Assembly (NCBI GenBank): GCA_051294905.1
Contig: CM119373.1
Coordinates: forward strand, 22,134,001 to 22,198,000
Source: Botryllus schlosseri
Taxonomy: Eukaryota
DNA length: 64,000 bases
Direction of reading: 5' to 3'
Shown: positions 1-13,002 of the stretch, piece by piece
Position numbering within the stretch: the stretch's first letter is position 1
Layout of the letters: every line of letters starts with the position of its first letter
The notes under the pieces: model-generated
Seen by the model: only the letters and a program-made list of their open reading frames with translations
Database searches by the model: none
Told to the model about the DNA's origin: nothing
Program-made: the position numbers and the translations under genes

Positions 1-194
1 ACAATGTTTCGGCCGATGTAGCATGTATTGGTGTGTTGCGCTGCGGTATTGGCTGGCACCGAAATGCCTATTTCTGTGTGAATCATGCAATGGTATATAA
101 TGTGTCATACACAGGAAATAACGTCATTATGTCTCATTTAAAAATAAAGACCTTCTTTCATCGCATTGTTGTCTTCCAAAGATAACTTCACAGA

Positions 195-748
195 AGCAAA
201 ATGAATGTAATCGTGAGTAATCGTGATTACCTTTCCGAAGTAATCGTAATCGTAATCGACTACTCGCGTATTTTGCTGTAATCGTAATCGTAATCGTAAT
301 CGCGTGATTCATAAGTAATCGTAATCGCAATCGATTACATTCATGAAGTAATCACCCCATGTCTGATCACAGTGTAAGTACTACATGTACAACAAATATC
401 AATTTACTACGTGCGGATAATTCGTTACGCAATCAAGAACCAAGCTAATACTTGTGACGCAATAATGAGCAGAGGCGTTTGATAATCCGACAATTCTGCA
501 GTCCAAAACCTGTTTTAAATCGCCCTGCTCATTGTTCACGAATGTTCAGTTTATATGTCACGGGCATTGCACAAAGGAAAAGTAATCGTTCTTTCACAAA
601 GAAATCGATTACATATCTGAAGTAGTCGATTACGATTACGATTACTTCGGATTTTTTTCGAATGTAATCGATTGCGATTACGATTACTTGGAAATGCTGT
701 AATCGTCGTAATCGATTACGATTACTAATCACGATTACCCCATGTCTG
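195..748. repeat. MITE-end-like arrays of GTAATC/GATTAC hexamers, each ending in CCCCATGTCTG
   Basis: GTAATC arrays at about 195-350 and GATTAC arrays at about 620-737; the two blocks are reverse complements in part, and both end in CCCCATGTCTG (about 365 and 748). Confidence 0.6.
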
Positions 749-1934
749 AATTATAGTTATTCTTATAAATAGTTACTGGGTGACGCTAACTGAAAATATT
801 TTCAAAGATTCAGTGTGTTTGTAGTTTAATTATTCGTTTTGCTTTAGTCGCTAAGATACATCTTGCAAATTCGAATGTAGCCACCCACCTCTGAAGGGCT
901 ATTATCTTGTGACATATCAAAAATGGCATATTTATCCATAATTGTAGTGTTAGGTCAAAAAATGTCGAAATTGTCTACAAAGCTCAAGTTATTTAGCCCA
1001 CTACATTTCGTTGGTGTCGTCGAAGTGGAATTTATCATTTTGCATTTTACACCTTGTAGCCTACTTTATAAGCCGACTGTTGGAGATGGTTTATTGTCTA
1101 CTCATTGTGAATTATAAACCATCGAATGAAACAAATAAGTTGACATGGCGTGATGATCAACACACCAAAAACAGGTGATATTTTTAACAGGTCCGAAGTT
1201 ATTACAAGCTCACGCCGATATTTCAAATCTGAATTTGAAGCTTGTCTAGGAGGTTGACATTAGTTCATATAGGACAGTGGTTGTCAACGTATGGATGGTA
1301 CGCGAGATACAAAACTTAGATTTGGATTGAGGTCTAAAAAGTGCTATGTGCGCAACCTTGTCGATTGAACCAATGGATGTTTTACTGGCATTCCAGCAGT
1401 ATACACCGAATCTCAATGCTGCCAGCAAACAACTGCTGCTATTGAACGTTTTTTCTCTATTCTCGTCAAGCTACTTTGTAACAACAGGCAATTTTAACCA
1501 GAAATGTAGAAAAGTACTAACATAATGGGCGAAATCTTATGTTTTTAAGACAAAAAGTCGTCCTACGGACTACTCGAACCCTCTATCAAAACTAGTTTGT
1601 CAAATTACTTGCTCGAATAAGTGTTTGACCTTTCACTTTTTTCTTCCACTTGCAGTAGATTTGACATGTCTTGGAAATCCCTAGATCTGGTTGTAATCAA
1701 GTACAACGTTATGGCATCACTTCTACTTCTATTAAAACGAACTAACTACACTTACTCTCATGAGGCTATATGCGTTTAGGGCGAGGCAAGTTATTTTTAC
1801 GTGCACCACGTAAGGAAGTGTAACGAAGGTGATGTAAACGGAATGCAGCCCAGTCGATACATAAGACTTTAGTTTTTATGGGTGTAGTTGCCAGCAGAAG
1901 CCGCAATTTGCGTAAATGATTATTATCTACATAT

Positions 1935-2205
1935 TAAGGATTGTGTGAACGTGAGGTTCACGTTCGCGTTCTGCGTGTGAACCTCAGAAATTTAGTTTCA
2001 CGTTCACAAACGAACCTTGGTAGGTTGTGCACTCTGAACTTTTTTTCATTTATTACAACTTTCACTTCATTATAACACCTTTAGTTGAAAATTGTTGCAT
2101 TTCAACTGCGGGCTACTCTATGCATGGCGCTGGCAGCATAAAAAATCAACATTAACGAGCATGCACCTTGACAATCTCAATGATTTACTTGCTTTGTTAC
2201 AAAAG
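1935..2205 (+). mobile_element. Left-end fragment of the TAGGGATGGTGTGAAC hAT MITE family
   Basis: TGTGTGAACGTGAGGTTCACGTTCGCGTTCTG... closely matches the left ends of the full copies at 47851 and 54827. Confidence 0.75.
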
Positions 2206-3347
2206 CTTTATTGAAAATTGTAACAAAAAGCAGTTATTTACAGAAGTCAAAAAGATAATACGGAACCGTAATATGCTGTTTACACAGAGAATATATTAGC
2301 TACACAAAAATATTATTCAAAGATCTATTGTAGCACTGCTCCGCCACTTCCGACTCAGAATGTACCCGGACTACAGATAAACCTCCGATTTAATAATGAT
2401 AAATGAAATTCCAACGTCTGCGGTTACAGTTACCTCTCTTGTATTCCCCAGAAAGCACACACGCCGGGATGACTCCAGATTACGGCTAAAGTAAAGGTAG
2501 GACAGAAATAGGTCTTTTCGGCGTTACCGTCGCTCTTTTCGCGGTTCATAGCCGTATTCAGCCAATCATTGTATTGCTGCCAATTCTATTATTCGCGAAT
2601 AAAGGTTTTGCTGGCTTCGAGATCTAGATCAAAACCCGCCATCATCTTGGTTGCGATGTAATATATACTATTATGATAATTATCTATATATGTGCTAGAA
2701 AAAAAAAGTGTTCAAGTGAAAAGCAAGGGTATGAGATGACATTATGGAGTCATTGACTGGCCCGAACCGAAGCGATTTTAAAGTTTGAATCCGGCCTGCG
2801 ACGCAATTTGAATTTGACACCCCTGCTCTATAGAGTTATTTATTTGATCCATTTCAACCTCAACGCTATTGATTAACTTTAAAATCAAGTTTTTTACAAC
2901 AGGCCTGGTTGTGAGATACGGTGGATGCTTCTCACGAAAGCTACAAAACATACTGTCCTGCTCTCCGCAAAAGTCCCACGCCATGGGGAATATAAAGACA
3001 AAGGATGTCTTGGATTTGTTAGATGAAAGACTTCTTGAATTCGTAACGAATATATACATCGATTTCAAGTGGAAGCAGCGCAAATATCAGGCCAAGGGCT
3101 CCGGAAATGATCTGAACAGCATCGAAGAATTTTGCACTGGAATTCTGAACTTCCTCGGTTTAATCGGATATGACAAGCAAGAAATTGAGATACCATTTCG
3201 CGACTTCGTCAGGGGCTTTGGCCGTAGCTCCGGTGACGTGACGATGCGCGGGTCAAGCTCATGAAAATAATGCGCAAAGTAAACGATGCCACGAAAACCC
3301 TTTCCAATTCAGTTCTGGCCCGAGCACGCGATAACCAGTTAGTGGAT

Positions 3348-3693
3348 TATTATTATTATTATTATCATTCACATCAGTGGTGCTTATAGCCTGTTTTAAG
3401 GCTTTGTGCTCCACGGCATTACAAGTTATACAGTACAATGAAGATGCATTTCTTCGTCCCTTGAATGTTCGTGCTTGCACTCTCTCAGGCACTCTCTTCA
3501 GGCAGTCTCTGTCACGCGCGCTTTATCATCGTCTCGTTTTTGCTGCTGACTTATAGCTCGGCCCACTCGGACTGTCGGCGACGAGGAGCCCGTAGAACCT
3601 CCGACACATAGTAATTAGTCCGAACCGGGATTCGAACCACCACCATTGGTGTCGTGACGCTGGCGCTTAACCAACTGCGCCACTCGCTTCCCC
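3348..3693 (-). mobile_element. tRNA-derived SINE with (TAA)n tail
   Basis: Minus-strand head has A box TGGCGCAGTTGG and B box GGTTCGAATCC; (TAA)n tail at about 3348-3366; 14-bp TSD ACCAGTTAGTGGAT at 3334-3347 and 3694-3707. Confidence 0.9.
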
Positions 3694-3741
3694 ACCAGTT
3701 AGTGGATGAATTGCCGTTAGATCTGTCATATCGAGTTAAAT

Positions 3742-4557
3742 TAGGGTTACCATATTTTTGTAATTCAAATTCCGGACGCTTTTTAGCGCCCACTAGCGGA
3801 TTTCAGAATGTGGTGTGAGCACATTGTGGATAATATGACGTCACACCAGCAAAGCTTTGTCTATTGACTAGATGTGGTCACGATCCGGTTCAGGAGTATG
3901 TTGTTCTGTGTTGTAGGTTGTAACCAGGGCCGAAGCCACATTTTCTGCCTCCTCCCGCCCAAATTATCACTGATCTTGAGCCCATCATAATCGATGCAAC
4001 TTCTGGGGCTTTTACTATATGCATCTGGACGTTAAATGATTTGAATGAATTATGTCAATAATATTGGTTCTTCCATATATCACTATATAATTTTATCCTC
4101 TCTACGACCACATGGTCAGAGTTAGCGGCAGAGCAGGTGGAGGATGATGACTTCGAAAATGCAAGGAGCGTAATTGTACATCGTTAACTCATGTCCAAAC
4201 GGCCTAAACCGACTCTATGATCATATCGTTATCTTGTAATTGCGATAACAATTAGACTCATTTCTGTAACTGAATGTTATTTTTATTTATTTTTTATCGC
4301 AGTTTTGCAAGGGTGGTAGTCGTAGTCCCCAAATTAAAAGCAATATACATGTTACTAAATCGCGCGCAGCGCGAAGAGAAATTTCATGTAGCGTAAATCT
4401 GCCCAAAAATAATATTGTTTATGTTGATTTAGGAAAAATTATGAGCTTACTTCAAAATTCCGGATATTTAGGCATATTTTAGAAATTCCTCCCGGACGCA
4501 GTTTTTACAGTGAAATTCCGGACATGTCCGGGAAATTCCGGACGTATGGCAACCCTA
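3742..4557. mobile_element. Non-autonomous hAT (Blackjack-like) MITE
   Basis: TIRs TAGGGTTACCATA / TATGGCAACCCTA; 8-bp TSD AGTTAAAT (3734-3741, 4558-4565). Removing it restores the pseudogene frame (VK|SATGMIYP). Confidence 0.92.
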
Positions 4558-5872
4558 AGTTAAATCCGCCACCGGCATGATATACCCGGTTGTAGACTCT
4601 CTGAATTCCAACACTGTCGAAATCTTTGAGACGGTGTCGGAATGTATCAAAGCGAAAGACAGTGTACCACCTCTCAATAGTTGTCAAGTCACTTTACGGT
4701 ATCTAGCGGCTGTACAGTTATTCGCATCCATTGCTGACCTTGGTGATATGAAAGGTACGCACAAGATAATCTAGGATATCGGCAGTGAGGTCTCGAGAGT
4801 TTGTTCGGAAGCGTACTATGGAGACACTGAAGTCAAGTTTATGAACTTCGTCATCGAGGAGATGCGCAGTATTCATCAGAAGGCTGCAGAATGCTATGGC
4901 GAATTCCACGCGGAAAGCTACATAGAGTGCAACATTCCTTATGTTTTTTCAATGATAACATTTCCGTTGAATTTTCCCGATTCTGGCATTTCGTCTCTAA
5001 AGTTTATCCGAGACGTGCTGTACCGCCCGATGCTTTACCAGAAACACTGGCTGGCTTATATATTTGGTCACACCGGCGACAAATCACCACACGAAGAGTA
5101 TGAGAATCTTCAACACTTACTGAAGGCATTCCCGAGCAGGTGAGAGTTGATAAATTGTCAAAATCGCATGTTCTGGATTAAATCTACAGTGCCAAACCTT
5201 TTTCGATTAGCTCACCGTCTGCATTCACATTCACAGATCGTGTCAAGAATACGTTTGCCATTCTGAGTACTGTAATTCGCACGGTGCATTTGTTAACCGC
5301 AAGGACGATCACGAAATGAGCGACCGAAAAAATATGACACCGAAGTTGGAGCTTTGAACACATTAAAATGCAAAATCCGCCGCTTCCCATCTATATATAA
5401 CCTACGTTACACAGGCGGTAGTCAGCATTGCTACTCTAGGAGATGTAGACGTAGAAGTAATGCCATAGGTTTCTAATTGCCTAAAGTAGAACTAGCTATT
5501 ACCAAGACATGCTTAAATTACTTAAAGTAGATGTAGAGGATGAATGGTTTTAAAAGTAGTCAGATATGTGATTTTTAAATGTCGAATCAGTCGGAGATGT
5601 CGCGTACCTTTAATAGTAAATCGAAGGCATGCTACTTTTGAAATTGCGAGATGCATCTTCGCAACAACACAAAACGACTGATTACGCTGCAAATAGAGCG
5701 ATTTCCTCTGAAATGGTATGCTACCATCATTCAGTTGCTATTGAAGCAGGCTTATACGATCACTTTGGTAACTGATACAAACCAATCCCAAAACTACTTC
5801 CTACTAGAAAAAAGTGAACGTGTAAACAGTAAGTAGTGTTGCGTTAACAACCGTTCTGTATAACTTTATGCA

Positions 5873-6060
5873 GGTGACGTCATATTTTGTGATACGATTG
5901 TTGATATACGATGTTCTTTTGAATTCTCTACTAGTTGCTGACGATTAGCTACCCCTGACGAGTGTCAGCTGAAAATATTCGGGTTCATTTCAATATGAAT
6001 ATACTATTAAATTGTATATTGAAGTTCTGTACCTCCAAGAAGCTGTTCTGTATAAGTGGA
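5873..6060 (+). mobile_element. Penelope-like element terminal repeat (pLTR) fragment
   Basis: Near-identical to 49190-49330, which directly follows a GIY-YIG endonuclease C-terminus. Confidence 0.8.
5951..5984 (+). ncRNA. Minimal type I hammerhead ribozyme motif (G10.1-U11.1 variant)
   Basis: ACCC-CTGACGA-GTGTCAGCT-GAA-AATATT-C-GGGT: stem I ACCC/GGGT, CUGANGA and GAAA cores, palindromic stem III. Confidence 0.6.
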
Positions 6061-6122
6061 AGCTGTTGGAAAATATGACCATTTGAGTACTTTGGATACA
6101 TGTGGGCAAAATCTGCTTTAGT

Positions 6123-6552
6123 TAGGGTTACCATACGTCCTCTTTTAAGAGGATTTGTCCTCTTTTTTGACTTGTTTGAAAGTGTCCTCGGAGGACCCCC
6201 CTTTTTCCTCTTTTTTGAGATGTTGTCCTCTTTTTTGAAAATTTAGGTCAGAATTAGAGCAAATTGCGAGTGATATGCCGTAAATTAGCACAGAAGTGAC
6301 GCTCCGGCGGGTATTTCAACGGTGATTTTAGCTCTGAGCGGAGAGATGACCTTTTTTTTAGTCATCCACCTAGCAATGCGGGGAGAAAACGGTATTTTGA
6401 GCTCTGAGCGGAAAGATGACCTTTTTCTTTTAGTCAACCGATCATAAAGTGGGGAAAATTCACCGGTTTTTGAGAGTTCTTCTCCGGTTTTGTAAGTCTC
6501 AGATATCTGAAAAAGTGTCCCCTTTTTGGAATTCCAAAATATGGTAAGCCTA
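6123..6552. mobile_element. hAT (Blackjack-like) MITE
   Basis: TIRs TAGGGTTACCATA / TATGGTAAGCCTA; TSD GCTTTAGT (6115-6122, 6553-6560). Confidence 0.9.
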
Positions 6553-6859
6553 GCTTTAGTACAACGGAAAAGTAAAAGTACATCGTTACTGATCAACGAT
6601 CTTACCTGCTTCATTCATCTACAAATGTTACTATTATATGTAGGCTACCGGTGCCTACTCGAGAGTGTTTTCTCTCATTGTATTTTGCCTCTATCTATAT
6701 GCTCTCATCTTTTCCGTTGATAAGTTCTAAAAACGAAGTGATTGCTTGCATGATTCCAACGGGTTGCAATCATCACCCACAGAGAGCGATCAGTCTATGT
6801 AATAAGTCCAAGGAATCTCTCAATTGTCAAAATGTTCATGCTGAGGTCGAGGTGGATAT

Positions 6860-8155
6860 ATGGAAAGGACGTAGTTTATTTTTGCCCGTGACGTTTTTGC
6901 GGCATATACACCGACTCATGATAGACATACACCAGTGTTGGGATCAAGTCACTACCTTCGAGTCACGAGTCATTTCGAGTCATTGCACATTTTGACTCGA
7001 GTCAAGTCAAGTCAATCGATTTTCGAAGGTGACTCGAGTCAAGTCAAGTCACTCGATTTTTGGAGGTGACTCGAGTCAAGTCGAGTCAAGTCAAGTCAAG
7101 TCACGAGTCAAGTCACAATTCAAGTCAAGTTGCCTTTTCGAAGTATGAGGCATGATTACGTCATTACATTTTGCGAGCTGTCTGAAATACGGATTGCATG
7201 GTCATTGATTTTGAACAGATGAACGAATGTAGAGTTAAATATGCACGCAAGAAGGCATTGTATTGCTCACATATACGTAAAACTGCTAATTGCATAGCCC
7301 CGTTTACAGTTACCAGCCGAAATAGAGAATAGAGAACGGAATTGATAAGATGCTATACATCACCCATTTACAAATTGATATGATACAATTCGAGCCAGCG
7401 CCAATGGCTGAGGACTATATAAACTATATTCTAATTCAATTTCAATAAAACAAGAGGTTTGGTTGAGGTAAGACAACAGAAATATACATTTTGCTATTAA
7501 ATTACTTTACTGTACTCGTTTACGACAACGTAGGCTGTAAGCTTCGTTCACTTCGTTTGCGGTCAATTTTTTTGCGAGACAACAATGGAGGCTCAGTAAA
7601 ACTCACGATCATTGAAGGATTGGTCGCTCTCACGGGTTACACCAGCGTTTTGCGAACAATCCGATGATATGCAAGATGCAGCGATTTTTATACACACCGA
7701 TGACTTGAAATTGACTCGTGAATTTATCTCCGAGTCACGAGTCAATCCACATTTCTGATACGCCGAGTCAAGTCAAGTCAAGTCATTTTAGCAAAGTGAC
7801 TCGAGTCAAGTCAAGTCATACGAAAAAGGTGACTCGAGTCTGACTCGAGTCAAGTCATGACTCGAGTCATCCCAACACTGACATACACAGTACGCGCGAT
7901 CCGTGCATATGTATACCATGCGTGCATGCATGATGTGCATATGCCGCTGGACTAGGGCGGCGCATATGTAGCATTGTAGGGCTTTCTAGAGTCTCGCACC
8001 ACCCCTCTATGCTCTCCCAGCATTGCATGAAAGACCAAGCGGGGAAGTCATTGATACCAGTATTACTAATCAGGTCTTTGCTCCGACCCGGCCATGGATC
8101 GAACCCACGACCTCCGATCAAGAAGCCGCACGCTTAACCATTACGCTATTGCAAG
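6860..8155 (-). mobile_element. tRNA-derived SINE (second family), interrupted by a hAT MITE
   Basis: Minus-strand A box TAGCGTAATGG and B box GGTTCGATCC at about 8095-8150; body and 3' end match the plus-strand copy at 27313-28570. Confidence 0.85.
6933..7880 (+). mobile_element. hAT MITE with GACTCGAGTC/AGTCA subterminal arrays
   Basis: 12-bp perfect TIR CAGTGTTGGGAT / ATCCCAACACTG; TSD ACATACAC (6925-6932, 7881-7888). Confidence 0.93.
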
Positions 8156-8168
8156 AGAGGCATCAAAC

Positions 8169-8946
8169 CAGGGTGGCCAGACATCTTTCGAGAAAAAGGG
8201 CCAAACAGAGCCGGAAAAAGGGCCAAAAAGGGCCAAATTGTTCAATAACGTTAATAACGTTGGAAAATTACCCACAGTGCTTTTGTCAATCACCTGGATT
8301 TCCAGTCTTATATTAAGACACCAAATCAACGACCTACAACTACACTGGATCCAACCACAATAACTGCTATTATTTCAAGCCGTTTCCAACTGAATATATA
8401 ATCATAAAAGAAAACATTTTGTGCAATAATATGAGAGTAATTAAGTTTTATGAATTTTAATTTAAAATTGAGAGAATAGTTTCTTTACAGTTGAAACTTA
8501 TCCAACTTATATACTTAAGTTTTAGGTTTTTCACGAAAAACTCTCCGGCTATGTTGAAGTTTTTTTCTTTGAACTTTCTACAATCAATAATTACTATTTC
8601 TGCTACTCAGCTTCAAGCCATGTTCGATGCTTTTTCGTCCACCTGTTCTCAAATCTGTGTTTACAATTTCAACACAGTCTACATTCTACAAAAAACAAAT
8701 CCAAATCTTCATCTTCTACTGTGTTTCCACTGAATCTTTGACATTGGCAAAAACATTGTCAGCTCAATTTGCGAGATACATTTATTTGAATAGCTAGTTT
8801 GATGGTATGTCTCAACTGCTTCCAAAAAGGGCCAAATATTGAAAATAAAGGGCCAAGGAGCCAAATTAATTTTGGGGGGCCAACTGCCTCTAAAAAGGGC
8901 CAAATTTGCGGAATTTGGCCCCAAAAGGGCCAATCTGGCAACCCTG
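8169..8946. mobile_element. hAT (Blackjack-like) MITE with AAGGGCCAAA subterminal repeats
   Basis: TIRs CAGGGTGGCCAGA / TCTGGCAACCCTG; TSD CATCAAAC (8161-8168, 8947-8954). Confidence 0.92.
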
Positions 8947-10189
8947 CATCAAACCACCATTGTTAGCTATCGTGACGCAGCCATGCCGTCTGGGAGCAGG
9001 TGAGAAGCAGCGCAGACCGCAAACGTATTGGCCATTGTTGCGCGACGAATTGAGCATTCACACTCTCACTCTCGTGCGCACTTGCTCCTGAGCTGCTCAG
9101 ACGGCATGGTTGAGTCACAATACCAAACTCCGTTACAATGCAACATTCGAGGCTGATTTTGAGGGGTTCCAGGACCACGAGCAGAATAATATTTATATTT
9201 TCGTAATCAATGCAGCGTTAGCTTTCGATTGATACCCGTTTTATGAAATTTAATGCTCGGCAAGCCAGTCACAAATGGCCGTCAAATTTCCTTTGGCTAA
9301 ATGGAAAGTGTGACGTAAATCAATGTCACTGAGCCGTGAGAATTTCTTGTGTCCACACCATATATGACACTATGGTTTCACTTACTAAATCTCTTATAGT
9401 CGTGAATAGTTGTCTAAATATAGTGCCACGATGATTATTGGATGATTGAGAAGTGCAAGCAAGTTGAATTGCTGTTGATCCAAATAAAAGGTAAATTTTA
9501 TTCATACTGGCTGTCAGAGCTGCCGGCAGAGAAGTAATATTATAGTGTAACAACGTTATCCAGAGGTATGGCAGTAATATCGTCTGCTGCCAGTGCTTCC
9601 ATTCATTGAAAAGTCAAACGTGTCATATTATCTTGCGTCATACAACACCTGACCTATATTATATATTATCCTGTATCACATACGATTGCAAATTTTGGAC
9701 CAGGGGTCACTAACCAAGAAACCAAGAGATACTTCTTGGGTACTGGTTAATGCAATGGGCTAAGTTACTCCCGCCGTTTATCCGTCGTAGATTTGATTTT
9801 GTCACTTCGAAATTCATAGTACTGGGCAGGATTTCCGTCCTGAAGAACAGAAAACTCTCTTCGAAATTCACACCAGCGTCTCCGAGTTCACTTGTGTTTC
9901 CGGATTGCGCGTCGAAGCTCCAATCTTCACGCCGAGGTTCGAGAATATTAACCAGACTCCCGGTCGAAAACTGCGTTCACATGTTTTACTGTCGATGTTC
10001 AACTGCTGTTCATATGGATCTATTCTCTACTTCGACCTTCAAAGCTCTCATTTCAGTTTTTGTGAATGCGACCGCGGGCGATTCATCTAATCGTGATGGT
10101 GGGCGACCTGGTGCGCGCGGGCACCGCGTTGGTGAGCTCTACTTTGGACAGTATCATCACGTTTCATGCAGTGCTTGGAACAATTGATA

Positions 10190-10908
10190 GCACACAGTGA
10201 CTCGATACAAGTCAAGTCACTCGATTTGTGGATGTGACTCGAGTCAAGTCAAGTCAAAACTCTAAAGTCAAGTCTAGATTAGTTTTATTTTACCAGCGTC
10301 GTGATTACCGATTGAGTCACCACTTATCGTGAATGGAGGAGCGAATGTACAGTTTAACGTAGTCTCAGTCTATAATTATAGCTGCCAAAACACAAGATAG
10401 AACATGAAACCGCAGAAATTGAAGCAAATTGATATTATCCAATTCACTTTATGGCATAGGGGTCTCAAACACACGACCCGCGAGAACGAATTGTGCGGGC
10501 CGCGTCGGCATTTTGGTTTCTTAGGTATTCGACAATATTTAACAGCCAAATATCCTTTTTTTCCAATTTGAGAACATTAAACTCAAAAACGACTCCAAAA
10601 ACCTGTAACTACTCATCAAACTTCACTATCAGATCCCTTTCAAAAAGTACTGTGCTGTGGAAGATCCACTATTATTATGTCGGATTACCTGTTCATGATG
10701 ATCATACATGACCCGAGCGAATGAATCGAGTTGAGTCGAGTCAAACATTAAAACCATAGAAGGACTTGTGAGTAACAACCACGGACGCAACATGTCATGG
10801 GTAATATCAATGTTTCAAAGGGTCATTGTCAAGTCAGTCCATCCTTACAAAGTGACTCGAGTCAAGTCAAGTCATACGAACAGTTTCACTCGAGCCATCC
10901 CAATACTG
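10190..10908 (+). mobile_element. Degenerate copy of the CAGTGTTGGGAT MITE with a nested Charlie-like fragment
   Basis: GACTCGAGTCAAGTCAAG arrays at both ends; right TIR remnant ATCCCAATACTG at about 10897-10908; GGGGTCTCAAAC end near 10458. Confidence 0.6.
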
Positions 10909-12791
10909 TTTCCAATGAGTGTCGATTTGTCTCAATTCAAGTGTCCTACACTCGCCTTGGGTGAAAGACATCATACGGTAACAAGATACCATGTAATATG
11001 AAATATATGACCACCTGGTTTGAAAACAATACGACGACACACGCGGCACAGATTATTTAAACCGACTGGAGTTTGTCATGTGATACAGGTCGAGATGCTC
11101 AACAATCGCTGCTGTAAAGAACAACCGGTTTCTATGAGTCAATGGTTGGGAATAAAGCTGAGTGCAGGACAAATCTACCTATATGAGCAAATTAACACCG
11201 GGAAAGCAGTATCATCTCTGGATGATATGGCTACGTCTTGCATAACCGAAAAGGAACTGTGTCGTTTGATACGTTTATTCGTGCTGAGAGTCGTTTTAGT
11301 AATAGGAGTAAATGGTTTCGTTCCATATAAGCTGCGCGAACAGTTATCAAAACTTGCAGGTTCACCGTGGAGGTCAGAGTTAGGGTCAAGTGCAGTTTCA
11401 TACCGAGATGTAATATCTCACCTATATAGAACACAATATTATCAAACATGACGTACGCATTACTAACAATCTTGTTTGACGTCACACTAAATTTGACGTC
11501 GTTGCCGCTATTAACCGGGAATTATGACGATCCAAAATACTCCCGCTCGAACGACTGATATCTATTGTTTACGAGATAAACCGTGATCACAGTGATCACA
11601 GATTTCATGAGCAAACAAATATATCCAGGTGTCACCTCCCGTCCATGTCACATCACATAATGTAGGAAATGCAATTATGTAGAGAGAAATTTGAAACTTT
11701 GGGGCGGTGGATCTCAGACTTATTTTTAGACACGCCCCTTAATGATGGTAAAAAAATTCACGCTACCCTTATGGTCATATCAGAAAATAAACTAGAATGC
11801 TAGCAAACACAATGGATAGTTTAATCACATGGAAGTTAATGACAGTTGATGCGAGAATTCTCAAGTATGAAATTTGAGACAGAGCAATAACCGGCGATGG
11901 AGTACACAGAAATGAACTTCATCAGTACAGTGTTTCACAACTTTTTTTAGCTCTCGTCCTCCTTGAGCAGTCATGAAATGGTTCTCGTACCCCTATCTAG
12001 GACCAGAACATCACTTTGTCAGGCCGCCCCCAAAAGCTGGTTGTGGGTCCCCATATGGGTTCAAAACAACTTCTGAGGTGCCTCGATCCCCACTATGTAC
12101 TGTTTATACACGCGGTTTACAAACAAACACACTTTTCACCCTAGCTAATCCAGCCCGGTATTACACAATTCACGAACACAACACTGATATGTTTATTTTA
12201 TCGGCCTTAGGCCCTTCGTTTTTTTAGGAAATCATTTGTTATGAATCATGAATATCTTCAAAGTTACCTAATGAAGATTTTGCCAATGATACTGGTATTT
12301 GCATATATTGCTAATAATTGTTCCCCTCTGTCACTCCTCGTGATCATATTTACCGGTAAGGCTGCTGGTATAGTGATGTCTTAGTAGTAGACTAAAGCAT
12401 CCCGACGGTCTCAAGCCATCATTCTCTCATAATAGCGTAGAAGGTTGGACTCATTTCTGTAACTTATGTATTGTTATATTTTATCATCCTACCATTATTT
12501 CGTTGGATGCGGTAGTACCCAAATTGAAAGGAACGAATCTCTTCACATAAAATCGCGGCAAGTGCAAAGAAAATTTTCGAGATGAGTAAATCAGTTCAAA
12601 AATATTCCATACTGTATACTCACACTTCATTTCGCACCCTCTATACTTTAATTGGTGCTTCGTATCCCCAAAGGTTCCATGGACCACTGATTACGAAGCG
12701 ATGTTCTAGTAAATCTCAGCATATTTCACCAGATCTCACAAGTTACAGATATTATTAAGCGATAATTAATTGCCAAATTTGATTTCACGTT

Positions 12792-13002
12792 ATGAAGACA
12801 CGCATCCTCACTATCCCTATCTCCTTGCTATTGCTGATCGGTTTATCGGAGGCTTCAGGATATACCCGATGTTACGAGGGGTTCAACGTGACAGTCGGTG
12901 GCATTCCATTTCGTCTATGGAAGGATAGAGTTTGCCCAGACGGAAAAAGCTGCATGATACAAGAGCGCCGAGCAGTTAGCGCTGACGGAGTGGAATTTGC
13001 AG
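12792..13002 (+). CDS. First exon of a small secreted Cys-containing protein, LU/three-finger-like N-terminal half; downstream exons not found
   Basis: ATG, hydrophobic signal peptide (MKTRILTIPISLLLLIGLSEA), then RCYEG...VCPDGKSCM, ending at a strong donor GCAG|GTGAAT (phase 1). Confidence 0.55.

Larger units (their letters stand above)
2903..5357 (+). pseudogene. Disrupted paralog of the 19055-20862 uncharacterised gene
   Basis: Collinear with 19420-20862 (RYGGCFSRKLQN, GILNFLGLIG.DKQEIEIPFRD, TLRYLAAVQL, TEV.FMNFVI). Acceptor at 2901-2902, donor at 5140, last exon 5237-5357. Lesions: frameshift near 3245-3252, SINE 3348-3693, MITE 3742-4557, in-frame TAG at 4772-4774. Confidence 0.9.

Noticed and set aside
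1246-1428. Minus-strand ORF ALRFGVYCWNASKTSIGSIDK
   Set aside because: Probably a short CR1/L2 RT C-terminal remnant; too degraded to annotate confidently.
3610-3693. tRNA genes at the A/B-box sequences (also about 8095-8150, 27320-27375, 45410-45470, 55631-55690)
   Set aside because: Cloverleafs are incomplete, and each continues into a shared body, with simple-repeat tails and TSDs visible in several copies; these are SINE heads.
6933-7880. Regularly spaced palindromic repeats (GACTCGAGTC, GTAATC, AATCC) resembling CRISPR or satellite arrays
   Set aside because: Eukaryotic context, no constant repeat with unique spacers, no cas genes; explained as hAT subterminal repeats bounded by TIRs and TSDs.
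9750-10187. 145-aa plus-strand ORF in a relatively GC-rich patch
   Set aside because: No recognisable domain; the more coding-looking minus frame has several stops; cannot be supported as a gene.
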